Part shown: positions 16,443 to 24,204 of the stretch, piece after piece
How the letters are laid out: every line of letters begins with the position of its first letter
How positions within the stretch are numbered: the first letter of the stretch is position 1
Assembly: GCA_947085825.1 (NCBI GenBank)
Contig: CAMTXX010000039.1
Location: 12,343 to 76,342, forward strand
From: an uncultured Nitrospira sp.
Lineage (GTDB): Bacteria; Nitrospirota; Thermodesulfovibrionia; Thermodesulfovibrionales; UBA6898
Direction of reading: 5' to 3'
Length of the DNA: 64,000 bases
Notes under the pieces: generated by a model
Database searches by the model: none
Told to the model about the DNA's origin: nothing
Seen by the model: the letters and a program-made list of their open reading frames with translations, nothing else
Translations under genes and position numbers: made by a program

Positions 16443-16976
16443 TTAAACTCCTGTATTTTGAATTTTTTCTCTATCTTTTTTCAACAGGTTTTTTATTAAT
16501 ATGTCCGAGATAATTCCGTTTACGACTCCTGTGAGAGCTCCGATGAGTAAAATGAGGGGGCTGATTATGAGCACAGGCTCGAGCCTTTGTATAAATAAAA
16601 AATAAGCCAAAGATAATTGCGCTATGTTATGGAAGAGCGCGCCGATCAGGCTTATTCCTACAGCGCCGAAGATATTTTTGAATGCCTTTATGGTCAAGCC
16701 CATCGCAACCACACTGGCTATGCCGCCCCCTGCGCTGAGAATAAAGGCCGGGCCGAGGAAAGTGCCGAGGAAAATTGATGCAAGCACAACCCTTATCAAG
16801 GTGACCATGAGGGCGGTTCTGAAGCCGTACAGGATAAGGGCGACAAGCGTTATGATATTTGCGAGGCCGGGCTTAAACCATGGTATCGGTGTTGGAAGAA
16901 GGCTTTCAAAACCATGCAAGGCAAGGGCATAAGCTGAAAGAATAGCGATACGGCGCTTATCCTGTAATTGCATCAA
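16443..16976 (-). CDS. Gx-transporter / heptaprenyl-diphosphate-synthase-component-I-like membrane protein
   Basis: 177 aa and polytopic. Contains [24 protein letters not shown], which is typical of the family. Confidence 0.7.
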   Translation of the reverse strand: MMQLQDKRRIAILSAYALALHGFESLLPTPIPWFKPGLANIITLVALILYGFRTALMVTLIRVVLASIFLGTFLGPAFILSAGGGIASVVAMGLTIKAFKNIFGAVGISLIGALFHNIAQLSLAYFLFIQRLEPVLIISPLILLIGALTGVVNGIISDILIKNLLKKDREKIQNTGV

Positions 16977-17343
16977 GGCCTGGTTGTTGATCTTTTTTGC
17001 TGCCGCCTACAATAATCACGAGTTTATTTGGAAGGCATACGATTACTCCTTTGGATATCCAGCCTTCTTTAGCGCAAAGCTGGTTTGGACAATGCGGCTC
17101 TTTTACGCGCACTTTTCCTTCTTTTATTTCTATAAGGGTATCGCCATAGGGACCGTCAACAGAGAGTAATCTGTCTGCGTACAAGGGAAGGGTATAGGCC
17201 GGTTTCCCGTCCATTTCTATGACAACGTCCGGGTTATGGGACAGGGCATCTCTTGAAATAAAGATACCGGCTATGGATATGGAGATCAGGAACAAAAACA
17301 ACAGCCTGTCTGCCACCGTGGTATTTTTAATGGTTTCTTTCAA
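16957..17343 (-). CDS. NusG-domain-II (DUF1312) membrane-anchored protein
   Basis: 128 aa. N-terminal TM helix followed by EGKVRVKEPHCPNQLCAKEGWISKGVIVCLPNKLVIIV. Confidence 0.65.
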   Translation of the reverse strand: MKETIKNTTVADRLLFLFLISISIAGIFISRDALSHNPDVVIEMDGKPAYTLPLYADRLLSVDGPYGDTLIEIKEGKVRVKEPHCPNQLCAKEGWISKGVIVCLPNKLVIIVGGSKKDQQPGLDAITG

Positions 17344-18340
17344 TGGTAAGTATCCCCTCTAATCCTGGTGTTGTATGAATAGAGCCTTTGCTGTCGATTA
17401 TCATAGCATCTAACCCTATTTCTTTCGCAAGTCTCAATCCTTTTTCAGGCCCAAGTATAAAAAGAGCGGTGGAGAAGGCGTCGGCCATGGCTCCTTGTTC
17501 TGCAATTACAGTTACGCTTTGGCAGGTATTTGCCGGATGACCTGTTTTGGGTGTCAGCAGATGATGAAACCTCTGACCGTTAATTATGAAATATCGTTCA
17601 TAATCCCCTGAAGATGAGATTGCCGTACCGCTGAGATTTATCCTGGCGATTATCTCATCGTCATTGTTTTTTTGCCGGGGGTTTTTAATGCCCACAACCC
17701 AGGGCTTTTTATCAGGTCGTAAGCCAAAGGATTTTATGTCGCCGGCTATCGCGACAAGACCGGCGTTTATTCCTTTTTGTTTCAGGGCCTGCACCGCGAG
17801 ATCAGCAGCGTATCCTTTTGCGATACCTCCCAAATCAAGCAGCATATCTTTCTTTTTAAGCAATACTGTGGATTTGTCTCTGTCAATAACAATGTTTTTG
17901 TAATTGACGAGAGGAAGTTTTTTCCGGATTTCGGCATCTGTTGGTTTAATTTTATCAAGAAAATCCCATAGTTTTATCACTGGCCCTATCGTAGGGTCAA
18001 AAGCCCCCCCTGATTTTTCAGAGATGTAGACCGCTTTTTCTATGATATCAAGGGTTTCAGGAGATACTTTGACTTCACGTATTCCGGCGTTCCTGTTGAT
18101 GGCTGATAATTCGCTGCTATCAGAATAAAAATTAATAAGATTCCCGAATTTCTCGATAACGTCAAAGGCATTGTCTATAGCAGCATCAGCCGCGTCTTTA
18201 GAATCTGCCACTACTGTGATAGTAACAAAAGTATCCAGCAGGGCTTTGCTTTTCTTGTATGAGGATAGCTTATGAGATGAACAGGAACTCAACAGCATAC
18301 AAAGGAAAAGAAGAAGCAGAAACAGCTTATAATTTTTCAT
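17327..18340 (-). CDS. apbE: FAD:protein FMN transferase (ApbE) lipoprotein
   Basis: The likely start is Met24 of the track ORF (MKNYKLFLLLLFLCMLLSSC, a lipobox). GGIAKGYAADL and SSSGDYERYF motifs are present. Confidence 0.88.
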   Translation of the reverse strand: MKNYKLFLLLLFLCMLLSSCSSHKLSSYKKSKALLDTFVTITVVADSKDAADAAIDNAFDVIEKFGNLINFYSDSSELSAINRNAGIREVKVSPETLDIIEKAVYISEKSGGAFDPTIGPVIKLWDFLDKIKPTDAEIRKKLPLVNYKNIVIDRDKSTVLLKKKDMLLDLGGIAKGYAADLAVQALKQKGINAGLVAIAGDIKSFGLRPDKKPWVVGIKNPRQKNNDDEIIARINLSGTAISSSGDYERYFIINGQRFHHLLTPKTGHPANTCQSVTVIAEQGAMADAFSTALFILGPEKGLRLAKEIGLDAMIIDSKGSIHTTPGLEGILTIERNH

Positions 18341-18399
18341 TAAAATAATAAAACTCCTTAAAAGAATTGCTCCTAAGTTTAAAATAAATATGAATAAAT

Positions 18400-20928
18400 T
18401 TAAAAGCAAGAGGAGGCGGCATTCATGAATTTGGATTTAAGGAACATTCCGGTGTAGGATGCAGGATTATCGGCAATGTCTTCAGGAGTTCCCTGCGCAA
18501 TCACGTAACCTCCATTTTCGCCTCCTTCGGGCCCCAAATCTACAAGATAGTCTGCTGACTTTATAACATCAAGATTATGCTCTATGACGATTACTGTGTT
18601 TCCCTGATCTGCGAGCATATTGATAATATCGAGAAGCCTTTGAATATCGGAAAAATGAAGGCCTGTAGTCGGTTCATCCAAAATATAGAGTGTATTGCCT
18701 GTTGATTTTTTGCCCAGCTCACGCGAAAGCCTGATCCTTTGGGATTCACCACCTGAAAGTGTCAAGGCTGATTGACCGAGTTGGAGATATCCAAGCCCGA
18801 TATCTTCGAGCACCACCAGTTTTCTTCGGATATTGGGAATATTCTCGAAGAAACTTAATGCTTCTGTTACCGTCATATCGAGGACTTCTGAGATATTTTT
18901 TCCCTTGAATTTGATTTCAAGGGTTTCATTATTATATTTTTTACCTTTGCAACTGTCGCAGAGTATGTACACATCCGGCAAAAAATGCATTTCAACTTTA
19001 ATTAATCCGTTGCCGTGACATGATTCGCATCTCCCCCCCGGCAGATTAAAGCTGAACCTGGATGATGAATAACCCCTGATTTTTGCATCCTGGAGGAGTG
19101 AGAAAAGCTCCCGGATAGAAGAGAAAAAATCGGTATATGTCGCGGGATTTGACCTTGGAGTGCGTCCAATAGGTGACTGATCAATACTGATGACCCTGTC
19201 AATTAAATGCAGGCCTGTTATGTCAGTATATTTTTTCTGCTGGAGAAGCCTGTTTGCAGGTAAACGAGAGAGGCTTTTATGGGCGGCATCATAGAGCAAG
19301 TCAAAAATCAATGTGCTTTTCCCTGAACCGGAAACACCGGTAACACAGGTAAACAGCTTAAGAGGTATTTTTACGTCAATATTCTTCAGATTGTGTTCAG
19401 AGGCGCCTTTTATTGTAATAAAATCCCTGGCCTTTCTTCTTTTTGCAGGGGTTGCGATAGATAGGGCGCCTTTTAGGTATTGACCGGTGAGGGATTTATC
19501 ATTCTGCTTTATCTCCTCAGCAGTCCCCTCTGCAACAACCCATCCGCCTTTTGTCCCGGCGCCCGGTCCCATGTCAACAATATGATCTGCCCAATTGATT
19601 GTTTCTTCATCATGTTCAACAATGATAATTGTATTGCCGGCATTCTTTATATCAGAAAGGCTTTTTAGAAGCTTGTCGCAGTCTTTTGGGTGGAGGCCGA
19701 TGCTGGGTTCATCCAAAACATATAAGACGCCTGTTAGAGAAGAACCCATCTGTGTAGCAAGCCTCACCCTTTGGGATTCACCTCCTGAGAGCGTCAGGGA
19801 CGGTCTGTCCAGGGTCAGATATCCCAACCCGACATGAATTAAAAAAGAGAGTCGGTCTTTAATTTCTTTTAGTATTCTCGATGCGATGATAGCCTCCCTC
19901 TCTGTCAACATGATATTTCCCAGAAACAAGGTGGCGTCATTTATAGACATCCGGCAGAAATCTCCTATATTGATACCTTGAAAAAAAACACTTAAAGCCT
20001 CTTTCCTTAACCTTAGGCCGTCACATGCTCTGCAGCGCTGCTGTTGGTATATTGCTGTTGAGTCTTCCTGAATCCCTTTGAACCCAAGTCCATTACATTC
20101 AGGACAGGCCCCGCTCGCACTGTTAAAGGAGAAGAATCTCGGATTGATGTCAGGATAGCTTATTCCGCATTTAAGACAGGCAGCGGTAGTCGAAAAAATA
20201 ATATCCTTGTTCTTGTCGACAATGTTGACGACAAGGGTATCAGCGTATTTGAATGAAGTCTCTATCGCCTCTGTGGCCTGTCTTTCGATCCCATTTTTTA
20301 TTATCAGCCTGTCTATGACTATCTCTATGGTATGTCGTTTCTTTTTCTCCAGTATTATATCTTGTGTCAGGTCCATCATTTCATTGTCTATCCTGGCTCT
20401 GACAAATCCCTCGCTGCGCATTTCCTGAAGTTCTTTATGGTAGGTCCCTTTTCGGTCCCTTACTATCGGCGAAAGGATCTGTATTTTTGTATTTGCAGGC
20501 AAGGAGAGCACCTCTTTAAGGATATTATTCGATTCCTGAGGCGAGATTTCGGATCCGCAGTTATAACAGGACGGTTTTCCGAGGCGTGTATAAAGAACAC
20601 GAAGATAATCGTAAACTTCTGTTATCGTTCCCAATGTAGAGCGGGGACTTCTGCTGACTGTTTTCTGGTCAATTGCGATAGAAGGGGAAAGTCCTTCTAT
20701 AAAATCAATATCAGGCTTCTGCATCTGCTCCAGAAATTGTCTCGAATATGCAGACAGGCTTTCAACATAACGTCTTTGGCCTTCGGCATAAATTGTATCT
20801 ATTGCAAGAGATGATTTGCCGGAGCCCGAGGGGCCGGTTATCACCGTGATCGCGTCTCTTGGAATAGCGAGATCAATATTCTTAAGGTTATGCTCCCGGG
20901 CGCCCTTGATCAGGATAAATTTCTGCAT
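18400..20928 (-). CDS. uvrA: Excinuclease ABC subunit UvrA (short form, insertion domain absent)
   Basis: 842 aa. Two ABC modules (GPSGSGKSS / GVSGSGKST, and LSGGE twice). [11 protein letters not shown]-terminus. Zinc-module Cys pairs are at aa 121/124, 251/254, 275/278 and 299/302. Confidence 0.93.
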   Translation of the reverse strand: MQKFILIKGAREHNLKNIDLAIPRDAITVITGPSGSGKSSLAIDTIYAEGQRRYVESLSAYSRQFLEQMQKPDIDFIEGLSPSIAIDQKTVSRSPRSTLGTITEVYDYLRVLYTRLGKPSCYNCGSEISPQESNNILKEVLSLPANTKIQILSPIVRDRKGTYHKELQEMRSEGFVRARIDNEMMDLTQDIILEKKKRHTIEIVIDRLIIKNGIERQATEAIETSFKYADTLVVNIVDKNKDIIFSTTAACLKCGISYPDINPRFFSFNSASGACPECNGLGFKGIQEDSTAIYQQQRCRACDGLRLRKEALSVFFQGINIGDFCRMSINDATLFLGNIMLTEREAIIASRILKEIKDRLSFLIHVGLGYLTLDRPSLTLSGGESQRVRLATQMGSSLTGVLYVLDEPSIGLHPKDCDKLLKSLSDIKNAGNTIIIVEHDEETINWADHIVDMGPGAGTKGGWVVAEGTAEEIKQNDKSLTGQYLKGALSIATPAKRRKARDFITIKGASEHNLKNIDVKIPLKLFTCVTGVSGSGKSTLIFDLLYDAAHKSLSRLPANRLLQQKKYTDITGLHLIDRVISIDQSPIGRTPRSNPATYTDFFSSIRELFSLLQDAKIRGYSSSRFSFNLPGGRCESCHGNGLIKVEMHFLPDVYILCDSCKGKKYNNETLEIKFKGKNISEVLDMTVTEALSFFENIPNIRRKLVVLEDIGLGYLQLGQSALTLSGGESQRIRLSRELGKKSTGNTLYILDEPTTGLHFSDIQRLLDIINMLADQGNTVIVIEHNLDVIKSADYLVDLGPEGGENGGYVIAQGTPEDIADNPASYTGMFLKSKFMNAASSCF

Positions 20929-21011
20929 GGCTTATTTTTTATAATAACTTAATGGATACTGATAAGTTAACTGAGGGGCTGCAAAAAGGAGACATTTTAC
21001 TTCTGAGCAAA

Positions 21012-21102
21012 CCACCCCTGCCCCTCCTTAACCAAGGAGGGGAGTTGTTGATACCGAAAGCTCCCCGCCTAATTTAGGAGGGGGGGCCGAAGGCCGGGGT
21101 GG
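21012..21102. repeat. G/C-rich nested hairpin element in the uvrA-ubiA intergenic region
   Basis: CCACCCC (21012-21018) pairs with GGGGTGG (21096-21102). These enclose three hairpins: CCCCTCCTT-AACC-AAGGAGGGG (21021-21042), CTCCCCGCCTAA-T-TTAGGAGGGGGG (21061-85) and GGCC-GAA-GGCC. Confidence 0.5.
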
Positions 21103-21265
21103 TAAGCGGTATTAAACAAACCCCTGAATTTGTGATTTACCCGCTTGAAATGAGAAGTAACCTATTATTTTAACTTTTAAGGCAGGTGTTGTAAGATATG
21201 TATACTATTTGGCATCTGTTTTTGCGTATATGAGTCAGGCCTAAAAACAGAAAAGGAAAGGAAGT

Positions 21266-22126
21266 ATGCACGCGGCCACAGATAAGATAACGGTTTATTT
21301 ACGGATGATTAAGTTCTCCCATTCGATATTTGCCCTTCCGTTTGCTTTTACATCAGCCTTGTTGGCTGCCTCGGGAATCCCGGAAGCAAGGCAGATTATA
21401 TGGATAGTGATTGCGATGGTGGGCGCACGGTCAGGCGCTATGGGACTGAACAGGATTGTAGACAGGAAAATCGACAGTTTAAATCCTCGTACTGAAGGGC
21501 GTGAAATCCCGCAGGGCGCCATCAGTGTTTTTGAAGCAGCTTTCTTGGTCATTGTTTCTTTTGGTTTTTTTGTGCTTGCCGCATATATGCTTAATCCCTT
21601 ATGTCTGAAGCTGTCTCCGGTAGCGATCGCTGTGCTTATTACCTATTCCTATACAAAACGATTCACATGGATGTCTCATTTTGTCCTCGGCCTCTCAATA
21701 TCTGCTGCGCCTCTCGGTGCATGGATTGCGGTAAAAGGATCTTTTGATATTGAGATTATTCCTTTGGTCATCGCTGTAATTTTCTGGCTGGCCGGATTCG
21801 ACGTGTTATACGCATTGCAGGATATTGACTTTGACAGAAAACACGGACTTTATTCGATACCAAAAAGATTTGGTATCAGGAAATCTATTTATATATCCAG
21901 GATATTCCATTTGCTGGCGTTTTTCCTGCTTGTAGTAAACGGCATAATTTTTATGCTGGGTGGATTTTATTGGACCGGGCTGTTTCTGGTAGCAGGGCTT
22001 TTTCTTTATGAACATTCACTGATTCAGGAGGATGATCTCAGTAAGCTCAACATCGCTTTTTTTAACATGAACGGTTATATCAGCGTGACTGTATTGCTCT
22101 TTACCCTGATGGATTATCTGGTATGA
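21266..22126 (+). CDS. UbiA-family aromatic prenyltransferase (4-hydroxybenzoate polyprenyltransferase-like)
   Basis: 286 aa and polytopic. NRIVDRKIDSLNPRT and YALQDIDFDRKHG Asp-rich motifs. Overlaps ubiX. Confidence 0.85.
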   Translation: MHAATDKITVYLRMIKFSHSIFALPFAFTSALLAASGIPEARQIIWIVIAMVGARSGAMGLNRIVDRKIDSLNPRTEGREIPQGAISVFEAAFLVIVSFGFFVLAAYMLNPLCLKLSPVAIAVLITYSYTKRFTWMSHFVLGLSISAAPLGAWIAVKGSFDIEIIPLVIAVIFWLAGFDVLYALQDIDFDRKHGLYSIPKRFGIRKSIYISRIFHLLAFFLLVVNGIIFMLGGFYWTGLFLVAGLFLYEHSLIQEDDLSKLNIAFFNMNGYISVTVLLFTLMDYLV

Positions 22127-22713
22127 AAAAATACGTTTTTGCCCTGACCGGCGCTACTGGTTCTATTGTCGGCATAAGAGTTTTGCGGGAGGTCGTTAAG
22201 ATATCAGAAGTCCATCTGGTCATATCTTCACAATCATTCCCTATTATCCGGCAGGAAACCGGGCTTGACTGGTACGGTGATACGGCAGAAGATGTGCAGG
22301 GCAAGGTCAGAGAGTCCTTAACCTCAGATAACATTCATTATTATCATGAAATGGACCTTGCTGCTCCGGTTTCAAGCGGGTCTTTTAAGACAGATGGAAT
22401 GTTTATCGTCCCTTGTTCGATGAAGACCCTCTCAGGAATTGCAAACGGCTATACGGAAAACCTAATACAAAGAACTGCTGATGTAACTATAAAAGAGGGT
22501 AGAAACCTCGTAATTTCGCCGCGGGAGATGCCTTTTAGCGCCATTCATCTCGAAAACATGCTGAAACTGGCAAGACTGGGGGTCAAAATAGCGCCCCCTG
22601 TTATGGGGTTTTATCACGAACCACGGACTATAGAGGATATGATAGATTTTGCCGCCGGAAAAATGCTTGACCTGATGGGAATAGAGCATAATATCTTCAA
22701 AAGGTGGGGCTGA
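22123..22713 (+). CDS. ubiX: Flavin prenyltransferase UbiX
   Basis: 196 aa. LTGATGSIVG, PCSMKTLSGIANG and ADVTIKE motifs. Confidence 0.9.
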   Translation: MKKYVFALTGATGSIVGIRVLREVVKISEVHLVISSQSFPIIRQETGLDWYGDTAEDVQGKVRESLTSDNIHYYHEMDLAAPVSSGSFKTDGMFIVPCSMKTLSGIANGYTENLIQRTADVTIKEGRNLVISPREMPFSAIHLENMLKLARLGVKIAPPVMGFYHEPRTIEDMIDFAAGKMLDLMGIEHNIFKRWG

Positions 22714-22773
22714 TGTCATTTTGTTATAGTTATCAACATCCCAAGGCTATCACATATTTCACTCATCAATTTA

Positions 22774-22803
22774 TTGACTTAACAGCATATTGATAGATAA
22801 AAT
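22774..22803 (+). promoter_or_regulatory. Candidate sigma70-like promoter for the zinc-ribbon/response-regulator genes
   Basis: TTGACT (22774-22779), a 17-18-nt spacer, then ATAAAAT. GGAGGT RBS precedes the ATG at 22841. Confidence 0.3.
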
Positions 22804-22840
22804 AAGGCAATTATATTTGAACTCGGTTTGGAGGTAACAA

Positions 22841-23047
22841 ATGCCTATTTATGAATATATCTGCATGACGTGTATTGAAAAATTCTCATTGCTTCAGACT
22901 GTCAATGCTTCTGAGCATGAAACAAAGTGTCCAAAGTGTGCAACAAATAAGGTAAAGAAAGTGTTATCTTCATTCTGTTGCTCTTCGGCATCAGGCGGGG
23001 ATATGACTTCATCCATGCCTTCCCGTGGATTTTCAGGAGGTGGTTGA
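22841..23047 (+). CDS. FmdB-family zinc-ribbon protein (CxxC_CxxC_SSSS)
   Basis: 68 aa. MPIYEYIC..C...F.........CPKC. The C-terminal tail is Ser/Gly-rich. Confidence 0.75.
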   Translation: MPIYEYICMTCIEKFSLLQTVNASEHETKCPKCATNKVKKVLSSFCCSSASGGDMTSSMPSRGFSGGG

Positions 23048-23157
23048 GGCGTTTCGTCATGTTGAACATTTTGTTCAGCAAAGCTGATACATAAAAAGTC
23101 TTGATTTTTTCAGTACTTAGCAATAAAATAATGCAAATTGGTTTAAAGAGGTGAAGG

Positions 23158-24144
23158 ATGGCCCATAAGCTGTTACTCGCAGATGATAGTATTACCATAC
23201 AGAAGGTAGTAGAACTTGTCCTTGCTGAAGAGGATTTTCAGATAAAGTCTGTGAGCAACGGCGAAGACGCCCTTAATCTTCTCAATACCTTTAAGCCGGA
23301 CATTGTCCTTGCCGACATAGAAATGCCCAGGATTAACGGGTATAATTTGTGTGAAAAAATAAAGAATAATCCTTCGACTTCTCACGTGCCGGTTATTCTC
23401 CTTGCCGGAGCGTTTGAACCAATAGACGAAGAACTTGCCCGACAGGTGGGCGCTGATGACGTTGTTATCAAACCGTTTGAATCGCAAGAGCTGATAAGCA
23501 AGCTGAATGCTGCACTGACTATGGTTTCTGCTGAAACTGAGCAGGACATGTTCGGAGGAGGGGAAGAAGAGGTGCTGGAAGCAGTTGAGGAAGCTGAGGC
23601 TTTTGCAGAAACTGAAGAAGCCGGAGTTGGAGCAGAAGGGCTTGAAGAAGACCTCTGGTCTATGGAAGAAGTTCCCGAGACTGTTGAAGAGTTGGCTGAA
23701 GATCAGGGGATAGAAGAGGCTTTTGAAATAATGGAAGAAGCCCCCTTGGCTGCGCCGGAATTTAAGCCGGAGTTTGTTATGGAAGAAAAAGCTGCACGGC
23801 CAATAGCAAGAGGCACTGTTATAGCTGAACCCGAGATGCCTACGAAAGAAGAATTTCTAAGGCAATTCGAAAAAATTATCGACAAAAAAGTCACTGCGAG
23901 CCTGTCCACGCTTGATATAAAAGAAGCATTGCTTGCCTCTCTCATGCCTTCCATGAAGGATGCGGTAGAAAAGGTATTATGGGAAGTGGCGCCTGAGCTT
24001 GCGGAGAAAGTATTGAAGGAAATTCTCAAGAGCTCTGTTTCATCTCTGACTACAGAAGTAGAAAAGGTCATATGGGAAACGGTTCCTGATCTGGCTCATA
24101 CAATGATCTCCAGAGAAATTGAAAAGATAAAATCCGATTTCTAA
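23158..24144 (+). CDS. Response regulator (receiver domain + acidic linker + repeat-containing C-terminal domain)
   Basis: 328 aa. REC motifs LLADDS, DIVLADIEMP and KPF. A ~80-aa Glu-rich linker follows. The C-terminus carries two copies of VEKV(L/I)WE.(A/V)P(E/D)LA. Confidence 0.8.
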   Translation: MAHKLLLADDSITIQKVVELVLAEEDFQIKSVSNGEDALNLLNTFKPDIVLADIEMPRINGYNLCEKIKNNPSTSHVPVILLAGAFEPIDEELARQVGADDVVIKPFESQELISKLNAALTMVSAETEQDMFGGGEEEVLEAVEEAEAFAETEEAGVGAEGLEEDLWSMEEVPETVEELAEDQGIEEAFEIMEEAPLAAPEFKPEFVMEEKAARPIARGTVIAEPEMPTKEEFLRQFEKIIDKKVTASLSTLDIKEALLASLMPSMKDAVEKVLWEVAPELAEKVLKEILKSSVSSLTTEVEKVIWETVPDLAHTMISREIEKIKSDF

Positions 24145-24164
24145 ATATATTTTTAAAAAAATGC

Positions 24165-24204
24165 GACGGGGAACGGTATTGCTAATTCCCCGTCTTTCTT
24201 TGTT
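24165..24204 (+). terminator. Rho-independent terminator abutting the valS start codon
   Basis: GACGGGGAA...TTCCCCGTC stem, followed by TTTCTTTGTT and then directly by the ATG at 24205. Confidence 0.6.

Noticed and set aside
15175-16499. Plus-strand ORFs 15175-15525, 15697-16224 and 16155-16499.
   Set aside because: They are antisense shadows of dapB and yacG, or they run through the CACAGAG repeat. The minus-strand genes have clear family motifs. The shadows do not.
16957-16975. The C-terminal ...GLDAITG of the NusG_II protein as an ApbE flavinylation site.
   Set aside because: The motif Dxx(S/T)GA(T/S) needs the terminal acceptor Thr/Ser, but the protein stops after Gly. It is kept only as a caveat in the operon finding.
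20945-20969. Palindrome TAACTTA-N11-TAAGTTA upstream of uvrA, as an SOS/LexA operator.
   Set aside because: It is a 7-bp AT-rich inverted repeat in AT-rich DNA, so it is easily explained by chance. It does not match any LexA box consensus I know (CTGT-N8-ACAG, GAAC-N4-GTTC).
24145-24204. T-box riboswitch upstream of valS.
   Set aside because: Only 60 nt are available. They form a single simple hairpin with no specifier loop or T-box sequence.
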